Source of the DNA: an uncultured virus (IMG/VR IMGVR_UViG_3300045131_001195)
Taxonomy: Duplodnaviria > Heunggongvirae > Uroviricota > Caudoviricetes
Length of the DNA stretch: 64,000 nt
IMG/VR virus record: IMGVR_UViG_3300045131_001195
Coordinates: 1 to 64,000 of that record
Direction: 5' to 3' (one strand)
Below the pieces are notes generated by a model that worked only from the letters and a program-made list of their open reading frames with translations, was not told the DNA's origin and did not search any database. Shown piece by piece: positions 1 to 7,898 of the stretch; the stretch's first letter is position 1; every line of letters starts with the position of its first letter. The position numbers were made by a program, and so were the translations under genes.

Positions 1-181
1 TAACATACAGTCCTTCTGGCAATGATTCTACGTCTGAATATTCCATATTTATATCACCATTAACAATTAAATCATCTTGTTCAATAGGCTCATTATTCAC
101 TATCTTCCAGACAATTGGTGTCTTTCTATTCTCCTCATTTTCAAGGAATTTGAATATGTTTCTTATTGTTTCTTTTATCAT
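1..181 (-). CDS. LRR-like repeat protein (partial, runs off window edge), tandem paralog of 178..648
   Basis: Not in ORF track. Manual translation from ATG 181 (ATGA overlap with stop of 178..648): MIKETIRNIFKFLENEENRKTPIVWKIVNNEPIEQDDLIVNGDINMEYSDVESLPEGLYV... Confidence 0.85.
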   Translation of the reverse strand, partial: MIKETIRNIFKFLENEENRKTPIVWKIVNNEPIEQDDLIVNGDINMEYSDVESLPEGLYV

Positions 182-648
182 GTTCTATATATTCCTCCCC
201 CTATAAATCCAGGTTTAATCATATCTCTTATTTCATCATTTGATAAGTTTCTAAAATTAGTTCTGAAAATATATAAATCACCACCAACATGTAATCCTTT
301 TGGTAATGAGGTTATAAGCCAACACCCAATTAACCATAAACTACCCCCAACTTCCAAACCTTCTGGTAATGTTCTTATATCTGAATATGATAAATCCAAA
401 GTAGCCCCAACTTCCAAACCTTCTGGTAAGGAGGTTATTATTGTTCCTAATAAATTCAAATTATCTCCAACTTTCAAACCTTTTGGTAATTGTGTTATTT
501 TTGAATCAGTCAAATTCAAATTGCCTTCAATATTTAATTCATCATCTGTTAATGGTTCATTATTAATTAATTTCCAGACAATTGGTGTGCTTCTATTATC
601 CTCATTTTCAAGGAATTTGAATATGCTTCTTATTGTGTCTTTTTCCAT
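178..648 (-). CDS. Short LRR-like repeat protein (LPxGLxVGGxLxL repeats)
   Basis: Four ~20-aa repeats LPKGLKVGDNLNL/LPEGLEVGATLDL/LPEGLEVGGSLWL/LPKGLHVGGDLYI. Confidence 0.85.
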   Translation of the reverse strand: MEKDTIRSIFKFLENEDNRSTPIVWKLINNEPLTDDELNIEGNLNLTDSKITQLPKGLKVGDNLNLLGTIITSLPEGLEVGATLDLSYSDIRTLPEGLEVGGSLWLIGCWLITSLPKGLHVGGDLYIFRTNFRNLSNDEIRDMIKPGFIGGGIYRT

Positions 649-1580
649 TATTTACCCTTTGTTTTCTCACTCTCAATTCTTATTTTTATTTTGGGCGAAT
701 AATCATCTGGCAACTTATTATCTATGCCAACAAATTCCCCCATCTCATTATCCATTCTTATTAAAATTTCTTTTTTGTCCAAATTCATCATTATTTGTCC
801 AACAGTTTGCATGTTATACATATTCTTCATTCGATAAGGATTTAAGAATTTGTTTTTCTTATATTGCTCCTTCATCTTATCAATAACATCAATATCTTCT
901 TCAGCATCTTGTAAATGCTTTTTTGCCAACTCTAACCTAGAGTGGGACGATTTCTTTTTAATTCCGTAAATGTATCCAGTTTTTTTGTGAGCAATACCAT
1001 GATTGGTTCTAACCTCAACTTTCTCATCTCCCATTTTTGTAATAACAGGAGTATCTTTGCTTGTTAATTCAACAATATATATATTCTTTGGACTACCAAC
1101 AATTGTCTGACCTTTAATTCCAACATTTTTTGGATCATCAGCATCATAGGAAATAACAGATTTAATAGCATCCTTTATGTTCTTACATTTTAAAGCATGC
1201 CTAATCTTTTTTCCATCATTTGAATTTTTTACTTTTTTGGATTTGAATACTTTGTTGCTCTCTTTCTCATCTTGTCTAACCAACAGACTTGAATTAACAA
1301 TTCCAATACCGTATTCGTTCATACCTTCAGACCAGTCTGTCTCAACATCCCTCCAATACACCATTTCAACCCCCTCCACAATCTCGTGAACAACCTCCAT
1401 TTTAGCAAGATAGCCTCTGTCTCTATTCTTGGCAATGACATTACCATTGTCTAGTCTAACAGCGGCTATCGTGCATTCTTGTATGGTATCATGTGCAGTA
1501 TCATGTGCAGTATCATGTGCAGTATTATCACTTTTTACTAATAGGCTTAATTGACTTTCTGTGATTAAAATTCGTTTCAC
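648..1580 (-). CDS. Ntn-hydrolase-like protein (Cys nucleophile; peptidase C45/NRDE-like) with N-terminal propeptide
   Basis: CTIAAV...AKNRDR and WSEGMNEYGIGIVNS, VRTNH motifs typical of Cys-type Ntn hydrolases; GTG start. Confidence 0.65.
   Translation of the reverse strand: MKRILITESQLSLLVKSDNTAHDTAHDTAHDTIQECTIAAVRLDNGNVIAKNRDRGYLAKMEVVHEIVEGVEMVYWRDVETDWSEGMNEYGIGIVNSSLLVRQDEKESNKVFKSKKVKNSNDGKKIRHALKCKNIKDAIKSVISYDADDPKNVGIKGQTIVGSPKNIYIVELTSKDTPVITKMGDEKVEVRTNHGIAHKKTGYIYGIKKKSSHSRLELAKKHLQDAEEDIDVIDKMKEQYKKNKFLNPYRMKNMYNMQTVGQIMMNLDKKEILIRMDNEMGEFVGIDNKLPDDYSPKIKIRIESEKTKGK
1486..1525. repeat. 12-bp tandem repeat GTATCATGTGCA x3 (encodes TAHD x3)
   Basis: Directly visible. Confidence 0.95.
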
Positions 1581-1602
1581 TTTTATTTTTTAGATAAATA
1601 TC

Positions 1603-2016
1603 TTAAACCAAACTTTTAATCATATTTTTTAGTTTGTCATCAATATTCAATCCATCTAATTCTTCTACTATGAAATACCCACATTCAGTATGTTCATCAC
1701 CATCAATAGCATTTACCAAATCTGGGACTAATCTGTCTGGACTTTCCAATAAATAAACCCAAAATTCACCATTCACCCTGCTGCCATCTCTTGAATATCT
1801 TTCAATAACATTCAGTAATCTTATTTTCTTATTAAGAATACTAACATTTGTTTCTTCATGAAATTCCCTTTTTGCTGCCTCATGGGTTGTTTCCCCAGCC
1901 TCCAATTTGCCAGCAGGTATTGACCACATTCCCGGAAGACTTTTAGTCTTAGGGCTTCTTTTACATAATAGGAATTCTTCTTTATGCTTTACTAAAACGC
2001 CAACATACTTTCTCAT
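1603..2016 (-). CDS. NUDIX hydrolase
   Basis: Nudix box GKLEAGETTHEAAKREFHEETNV. Confidence 0.9.
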   Translation of the reverse strand: MRKYVGVLVKHKEEFLLCKRSPKTKSLPGMWSIPAGKLEAGETTHEAAKREFHEETNVSILNKKIRLLNVIERYSRDGSRVNGEFWVYLLESPDRLVPDLVNAIDGDEHTECGYFIVEELDGLNIDDKLKNMIKSLV

Positions 2017-2034
2017 ATCTTTTTTTTTATTTAG

Positions 2035-2736
2035 TTACTTAATTAAATGATAAGCATTTTCATTACCTGTGTCAATAAAGGTTAAGGTAATATCATCATA
2101 ATTTTTGATTGTTTTTTCAGCCAAATGCGTATGACCAATAACTTGGTTATATCCGACCAAATAATCCTCACATAATTCTTTCATACCAGCCCAGAAAATC
2201 CCAGAGAAAGGATCCAAACCACCCCTCTCATCACCAATATAGAAAAGGTATTTACTGCTAATGTTAAACAAGAAATTAAACTTATCAGCAATAGTATTAT
2301 GCTCATTCCCATCACCCCAACCCAAATCAAGCGCATCTTTATAATCAGACTCAACAGATTGGTATAATCTATTTGTAATTCCAGCATGGGAAACAATTGT
2401 ATTATTATACATAAAGGCAACTTGGAATAAATGTTTTTTATTCTTGAAGATTGTATTGAACTCAAACATCATATCAAAGTTGAACCCACTACCCCTATAT
2501 GAACTATTTAGAAAATAATAATGAATATCATGATTTCCTAACAATAATTTTACCTTATCTGGGTATTTCTCTTTGAACTTAATAATATCCAATAAGTTCT
2601 TTAACATTTTAGTATTACTCATAGCATTATGTGTATCAACATAATCCCCAACAAAGACAATATAATCTTCATCAAGATGTTGATTTACAATATTTTTCCA
2701 GAATTTACTTCCATGTATATCTCCAATCACTAGCAT
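2035..2736 (-). CDS. Calcineurin-like metallophosphoesterase
   Basis: GDIHG, GDYVD, GNHD, SHAG, GHTH motifs. Confidence 0.9.
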   Translation of the reverse strand: MLVIGDIHGSKFWKNIVNQHLDEDYIVFVGDYVDTHNAMSNTKMLKNLLDIIKFKEKYPDKVKLLLGNHDIHYYFLNSSYRGSGFNFDMMFEFNTIFKNKKHLFQVAFMYNNTIVSHAGITNRLYQSVESDYKDALDLGWGDGNEHNTIADKFNFLFNISSKYLFYIGDERGGLDPFSGIFWAGMKELCEDYLVGYNQVIGHTHLAEKTIKNYDDITLTFIDTGNENAYHLIK

Positions 2737-2809
2737 AGTTTCCTTTTTTGTTTCTGTAAATATACAAAAAAAATAATTAAAACCTATTTATTATTAAATA
2801 AATAATTCT

Positions 2810-3157
2810 ATGAAAATTAATATAAATGATTTAACATTAAATGCTAAATTAGCAATATCCAGAGAAGAGAAAGAAAAGGGGATGATGAATAAAAGATTTG
2901 ATGACACATTTGATGCAATGCTATTCATAATGGACACACCCAGGTCATGTTTCTGGATGAAAAATTGCATTATCTCACTTGATATTATAATGATTCAAGA
3001 TAATGTTATAACAAAAATTCACCACAATTGCCCCCCTTGCTCAACAGAAAAATGTAAAAGATATTGTGGTGATGGTAATTTGGTTCTGGAGGTAGTTGGG
3101 GGCACTTGTGATAAACATAATATTAACGAAGGTGATGTTATAAATCTTAATAACTAG
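2810..3157 (+). CDS. DUF192-family protein
   Basis: KGMM...MLF...FWMKNCIISLDII...VLEV motif pattern. Confidence 0.8.
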   Translation: MKININDLTLNAKLAISREEKEKGMMNKRFDDTFDAMLFIMDTPRSCFWMKNCIISLDIIMIQDNVITKIHHNCPPCSTEKCKRYCGDGNLVLEVVGGTCDKHNINEGDVINLNN

Positions 3158-4625
3158 AAATCTCCTTCTCTAATTTGGTTTTTATTTTACTTGCAATATC
3201 TTTCATTAATGTCAGATATTGAGTTTCAGTTCTTGGCTCTGATTTGTAGGTGCTTGTTTTTGGTGCATATGTTCTTGGTTCAGTTGATTTTGGTGCATAC
3301 GTTCTTGGTTCTTTTGATGGTGGTCTGCTACCCCTACCAATAAAGTTAAGTCCAGAAATATTTGTAATACTTGGATGACCCCCACTATTTGCTTGAATTA
3401 AATCCCAAGCATTTAGTGCAATACTATCTAATTTCTTTTTCTCCTCTTCAGTTAATTCACCAAACAACTTATCCATAATTCCCTTTAATTCCTCATTTGT
3501 TTTTGGAGCACCTTCTTTTGTATAATATTTATCACCATAAGTGGCATAAAAATCATTAAAGGTAAAACCAACACTTTCTTCTGTTGCTTTTGATTCACTA
3601 ACCCATTTAATTGTTGATAATAAAATTAATTTATCTTCTAACATAGGTTTAAATTGCCCCATAACTTTTTGTGCCAATTCACCTAAATGTAATTTGCTAT
3701 ACTTGGGGTTTGGTTTAAATGGATTTTTTGAAACTTGAATTAATCCTAGTGGCCAGTATATAATTAAGAAATCAGCATCAGGTTGGTTTTTAAATGATGT
3801 ATATCTATCGTATGAACCTGTTCCCTTTAAAGAACCCATACCATATTGGTAAATAATACCATCTTTAAATTCAACATTCTTATGACCCTTCATACTTTCA
3901 ATATACTTTTCAGCATTTGCTTGTAAATCTTCTGGGAGTTCAGTAGTATTTTCTTTCATCCATTTCTTTATATTATTCAATATTGATAAAATGGAAGGTT
4001 TTGAATTCATAACCAAATTTTCAAGAAATCCTTTCTTGTTTTTAAAAGCCAATAGTAATTTATTTGCAACTAAACCCATTAATAATTTATTCTCTCTAAC
4101 ACTTTTTGATTTGTCAAATTTGAATAAATAATTAATAACATCATCTGTAGTTAAACCTTGTCTAACAAAGTCAGCAGAGTCAACTGTATTTATAATTAAA
4201 ATATCAGTATCACTAAACAAATCATTTTTTGAAATAACTTGTGAAATTGTTTCTGCATTCGATCTGGCTTTTTTAAATTGCCCAGATGTTTTCTTGGTAT
4301 CAACCCCAATCTGACTATCATGGTGGTCTGTGTGTATTTTAAACATAGGTTTTCCATGAGCAAAATCCACTAGAACAGGCATAGTGTCTCCTAAGGCATC
4401 ATTCTTCTTTACAGCAAATTCTGTATCTCCGTATTGGATAATATGTGCATCAACAACTTTGATGCCATTATCTTCCAAGTATTTCTTCATGGCCAAAGCC
4501 GAGGCAACTCCATCAAGCCCTTAGAGGTCCTGGTGAAAGTAGATCTCCGCTTTATTATAACGGTTCGCAAGAGCATCAATATCTCTAATTCCACTTTCTA
4601 CCAGGACCTGATTGTTTTTTCTCAT
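3147..4625 (-). CDS. DHH-superfamily phosphoesterase with an in-frame TAA (4521-4523) inside motif I; candidate recoded gene
   Basis: Frame from ATG 4625 reads MRKNNQVLVESGIRDIDALANRYNKAEIYFHQDL*GLDGVASALAMKKYL... in frame with ORF 3147..4496. Motif II VLVDFAH, DHH motif HTDHHDS and C-terminal SGGH are intact. Confidence 0.75.
4525..4609 (-). other. GC-rich mRNA stem (19 bp, 1 bulge) ending at the codon before the internal stop
   Basis: AGGUCCUGGU-A-GAAAGUGGA (4609-4590) pairs with UCUACUUUC-ACCAGGACCU (4543-4525). Confidence 0.8.
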
Positions 4626-4643
4626 AGTCGTTTATTTTTTATT

Positions 4644-4650
4644 ATAAATA
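4644..4650 (-). promoter_or_regulatory. TATTTAT putative late-promoter motif (representative copy, upstream of the DHH gene)
   Basis: Same heptamer 13-22 nt upstream of starts at 1580, 4625, 14721, 34601, 41257, 44870, 48849, 51498, 59634 (minus) and 2810, 7681 (plus). Confidence 0.6.
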
Positions 4651-4652
4651 GA

Positions 4653-5567
4653 TTAGTTATGCGTTTTTAACACATTTATATACTTTGTTTTTTCAATTAA
4701 TTCATCTAAAGTAATTGAACATTTATCTTGTTTTGATAAATTGTTATGTTGTGTTAGTATTTGTAAGTTTTCCTTGGCACTCAAAATTTCAGGTGGTAAA
4801 TTATTTCTAAACCCTTCTGCTACACTAAATTTATGGTCAATATGATAAGTATTGAAACTTATTTTAAGATTATTAGGATTAATTATATTTTTATATTGTT
4901 TATAGGTTTTTTTAGTCATAGACCTAACTATCCTATAATAATTTTTAATAATTAACATATCTTCCTTTGATAAATTAAGTGCAATTGAATTATAAAAACA
5001 TTTACTGCATATAAATTTTTTATGTTTAGCAACAAAATTAACATATCTTTTATTAGAAATATGCCCATTTTTACACTCAACAACTAATTTACTATTTTTA
5101 CCATCTAATTCTACTAATGATAACAATTTAAAGCCATTTTTATTTACTATTTTTTTTAAAAAAACTTCATTTATTATACTTTGATTCTTTTTTATTTTGA
5201 CATCATCAATTAAAGAGGGGTTTTTAATACCTTTCCATTTTTCAGAATAGATTAATTTTAATTCTTTAACTCTTTCTTCACTATGAAAATCACTCCATTT
5301 TCTATTATCACCAAATCTACCATTACCTTCACCAGAACACTGGCAAGGTCTGCATATTTGTATATTAAAATTATTTTTTACTTTAGTTAAATGATGAGCA
5401 CTTATTGAATGAATTTTACTTGGGGTTTTACATTTTGGATTATCGCAAACCCAGATTACTTTATAAGCAGTAGTCCCTTTTTTATTTGTTAAGTCTTCAA
5501 CTTCAACCATATCATAATAAATTATTTTAGATTTAAAATAAACTGGCTTCCAAATAGATTTAATCAT
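4653..5567 (-). CDS. Free-standing HNH homing-type endonuclease with Zn-ribbon/NUMOD-like modules
   Basis: C-terminal YHIDHKFS...ENLQILTQHNNLSK HNH core; VIWVCDNPKC, CRPC-SGEGNGRFG, ECKNGH, CSKC modules. Confidence 0.8.
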   Translation of the reverse strand: MIKSIWKPVYFKSKIIYYDMVEVEDLTNKKGTTAYKVIWVCDNPKCKTPSKIHSISAHHLTKVKNNFNIQICRPCQCSGEGNGRFGDNRKWSDFHSEERVKELKLIYSEKWKGIKNPSLIDDVKIKKNQSIINEVFLKKIVNKNGFKLLSLVELDGKNSKLVVECKNGHISNKRYVNFVAKHKKFICSKCFYNSIALNLSKEDMLIIKNYYRIVRSMTKKTYKQYKNIINPNNLKISFNTYHIDHKFSVAEGFRNNLPPEILSAKENLQILTQHNNLSKQDKCSITLDELIEKTKYINVLKTHN

Positions 5568-5604
5568 TTTTCAATAGCCCCTCATTAATTAAATTTCTTC
5601 TCAT
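5560..5604 (-). pseudogene. Vestigial 14-aa ORF MRRNLINEGLLKND, possible original 5' end of the DHH gene
   Basis: Starts by TAATG overlap with the upstream stop; ATGAGAAGAAAT resembles the DHH start ATGAGAAAAAAC; its stop lies just inside the HNH start. Confidence 0.4.
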
Positions 5605-5972
5605 TATTCTAATGTTAATAAATATTTCATTTTATTTACTTCTGCCAAAATCTCATCTCTGATATTTAACAAATCAGTATCTTCTCCTTGTGTTAATTTT
5701 TCTGACAAACCCATTAAGAACTCTGTGAAATCATCCAGATATTCTTGCATTGAGAAACCCTTTATATCTTCAAACTCCATTGTAAAACCCCCATCATATT
5801 CAGGACGTCCATGTTTACCCATACAAACCTCAACATACTTATCAATCAAATCATCTAAATTATCATAAAATTTACCATATGCTTTATGTTTTGCATATGA
5901 TTTTGTTTGCCAATGCAAGAATCTAAATTGTACTTGTGTATTGACTAACTCTAATATAATCTCATCATTCAT
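5604..5972 (-). CDS. Dps/ferritin-like protein (DUF5856-like)
   Basis: HWQTKSYAKHKAYGKFYDNLDDLIDKYVE ferroxidase-type helix motif. Confidence 0.8.
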   Translation of the reverse strand: MNDEIILELVNTQVQFRFLHWQTKSYAKHKAYGKFYDNLDDLIDKYVEVCMGKHGRPEYDGGFTMEFEDIKGFSMQEYLDDFTEFLMGLSEKLTQGEDTDLLNIRDEILAEVNKMKYLLTLE

Positions 5973-5990
5973 ATTATTATTTTTTTTGCA

Positions 5991-6593
5991 TTAAAGTAGT
6001 TTTATCAACCGTTTTTTTCCACGACCGTTTCTTTCTCTATAATTATCATTAAATGTTTTACTATCCAATTCATATAGAAAACTTTCTTCCATATTAAATA
6101 AAAACTTTTGGTCTCTATGACTGCCACGTGCTAATTTAGAGAAAAATTCCTCTGTTGTATCACTATCTATTTGCATATTTTTATCCCAGCCACTTTTTTT
6201 GAAATTGTTTAAAACTTCACCCATATCTGACATATCATTTGTGCCAATTTCAATAAACTCGTTTTTACTTTTATAGATGACAGAATACTGGTCATAATAT
6301 TCTCCCAAAAAAATTAAATCTTCTTTTCTTATGTTTGGAATAAAAAGTGATTTTTCATTTACCCAATCACCCTCTTCTTTGAAGCCACCATCCATTTCAA
6401 TGTAGCCAATTTTAAGTTTATCTTTGATGAAAGATTTTAACTCTTTATACCTTTCCAAATTTTCATCCATAGATAAATATTTTCTAAATGGCGAAATAAC
6501 TCCAAAAGACGATGAGTCATTCTCAATGTGTTTCCATATTCTTGATAATCTAGTTTCATAGATTATTGCATTTTTTTCTATAATTTCTATCAT
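5991..6593 (-). CDS. Putative S-adenosylmethionine lyase (T3 SAMase-like)
   Basis: VISPFR...ENLER...GGFKE...EKS...YDQYSVIYKS follows the T3 SAMase pattern LVSAFR...NMSR...GCYRE...EKT...WEQDCVLVYKS (recalled sequence, aligned by eye). Confidence 0.6.
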   Translation of the reverse strand: MIEIIEKNAIIYETRLSRIWKHIENDSSSFGVISPFRKYLSMDENLERYKELKSFIKDKLKIGYIEMDGGFKEEGDWVNEKSLFIPNIRKEDLIFLGEYYDQYSVIYKSKNEFIEIGTNDMSDMGEVLNNFKKSGWDKNMQIDSDTTEEFFSKLARGSHRDQKFLFNMEESFLYELDSKTFNDNYRERNGRGKKRLIKLL

Positions 6594-6612
6594 AATAATT
6601 ATATTTTTAATA

Positions 6613-6858
6613 TTAAATATCTAATGAACTCAATTTATTTATCTTAAATTCAAGATACTCTATTGCTTTTTTTAAGTCTTCAATCTCTTTTTCTGGATTT
6701 TTTCTGCCAGACCTTGCAACATATTTAACAACATTAAATAAATATGCATCTTTGTCTAAACCCCAAGCCTCACATACTTTATAAACTTCATAAGTGTTAT
6801 CACTTCCAAATTGATAGTGATCTGGGTGAGAAACCATTTCTTTTTGCTCGTTTTTCAT
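6613..6858 (-). CDS. DUF3310 family protein (T7 gp1.7-like)
   Basis: VSHPDHY...FNVVKYVARSGRK...EDLKKAIEYL. Confidence 0.85.
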   Translation of the reverse strand: MKNEQKEMVSHPDHYQFGSDNTYEVYKVCEAWGLDKDAYLFNVVKYVARSGRKNPEKEIEDLKKAIEYLEFKINKLSSLDI

Positions 6859-7598
6859 AAGTTTTTTGTTTGAATATTTTTTAAAATTAATTTACGTTTT
6901 GCCATAGGTAATAGTGTTTCCCTTACTGGAAAATATTGTTTTGTTGTTATCTCAAATATAGGTTTATTAATATCACAATTATTTTCTTTTAATTTATCCA
7001 TTATTGTACTAATTGAAACCTTCCCCCCATAATCACCAATATAAATTTCTTTAAATGAACTGCTTGATTCATATTTCTCATTTTTCAAAATAATATCAAA
7101 CGAATAAATATACACAATATTATCAACTTTGTCAAAATAATAAAAGTATCCACTATTGGTTGGGGCTTTGGCATTTTTTTTAAGTTTAACATCAATATTC
7201 TCAAAAGCTAATGTCCATATTGATTTTGCAAAATTAAATAAATCAAGAAGTTTTGGATATGTGAAATTAATTGTTTTATTAACCTCAATCTTATCCTTGC
7301 TAATCAATTCAGGTATTTCATTGTAATTGAAATCACCAATCTCAATATCATCGTCAAATTCATTTAATATTCTACTCAAAGATATGGTCTTACTCTCCTT
7401 ACCAATTGATGCTATATTAATTAAATTAATTGTAATTTCATGCAAATCTGGGTATATCTTCAAATCATTTAATCTGTTTTCAGAATTTTTTATATAATTT
7501 AAAGCAATGTATTTATTATATTCAAAATCAATAGGGGATCTAAATAACCAATCCGAATTAAGTTTTTCCTTCATCATCATCTTCTTTTTTTTATTCAA
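6855..7598 (-). CDS. Hypothetical protein
   Basis: Long ORF in operon context; exact start uncertain (TTG 7598 or a downstream ATG). Confidence 0.7.
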   Translation of the reverse strand: MNKKKKMMMKEKLNSDWLFRSPIDFEYNKYIALNYIKNSENRLNDLKIYPDLHEITINLINIASIGKESKTISLSRILNEFDDDIEIGDFNYNEIPELISKDKIEVNKTINFTYPKLLDLFNFAKSIWTLAFENIDVKLKKNAKAPTNSGYFYYFDKVDNIVYIYSFDIILKNEKYESSSSFKEIYIGDYGGKVSISTIMDKLKENNCDINKPIFEITTKQYFPVRETLLPMAKRKLILKNIQTKNL

Positions 7599-7680
7599 TA
7601 TAATTTTAAAAAATCAAAAATCAAAATAAGATTTATTTTTTTTATAAATATCAATATATTTATATATAAATAATAAAACT

Positions 7681-7818
7681 ATGGGATGTGGATGTAAATC
7701 TAATTCAAACCAAAATGTTCAATCTGCCGAATCTACTTCAAAAATACAAGAAAACTTGAAGGACAAAATTAAAAAAACTGTTGAAAAATACTACACCACG
7801 CAGAAAACAAAAGGTTAA
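7681..7818 (+). CDS. 45-aa MGCGCK microprotein
   Basis: Not in ORF track. MGCGCKSNSNQNVQSAESTSKIQENLKDKIKKTVEKYYTTQKTG-like translation ending TQKTKG; own TATTTAT motif (7657-7663) and terminator. Confidence 0.7.
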   Translation: MGCGCKSNSNQNVQSAESTSKIQENLKDKIKKTVEKYYTTQKTKG

Positions 7819-7824
7819 GAAATC

Positions 7825-7853
7825 AAAGGGGTTTAATTTAAACCCCTTTTTTT
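7825..7853 (+). terminator. Intrinsic terminator
   Basis: AAAGGGGTTTAA-T-TTAAACCCCTTT followed by T run. Confidence 0.85.
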
Positions 7854-7898
7854 ATTTATAATGTAAAATAATATTTATATGTTTAACAAAAAAATAAT

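Noticed and set aside
77..886. 269-aa plus-strand ORF
   Set aside because: Antisense to three coherent minus-strand genes; its repeats mirror the LRR units.
4521..4523. Genome-wide stop-codon reassignment as the explanation for the internal TAA
   Set aside because: TAA is the normal terminator of most genes here and other ORFs are full length in code 11. Readthrough would also leave three extra residues in the DxD motif.
4434..4670. 78-aa plus-strand ORF across the coding gap
   Set aside because: No recognisable motif or expression signal; the minus-strand frame carries the conserved DHH motif.
4500..5600. Group I intron containing the HNH gene
   Set aside because: The HNH lies upstream of the interrupted site, there is no room for a ribozyme core in the short flanks, and no U-G splice-site pairing is evident.
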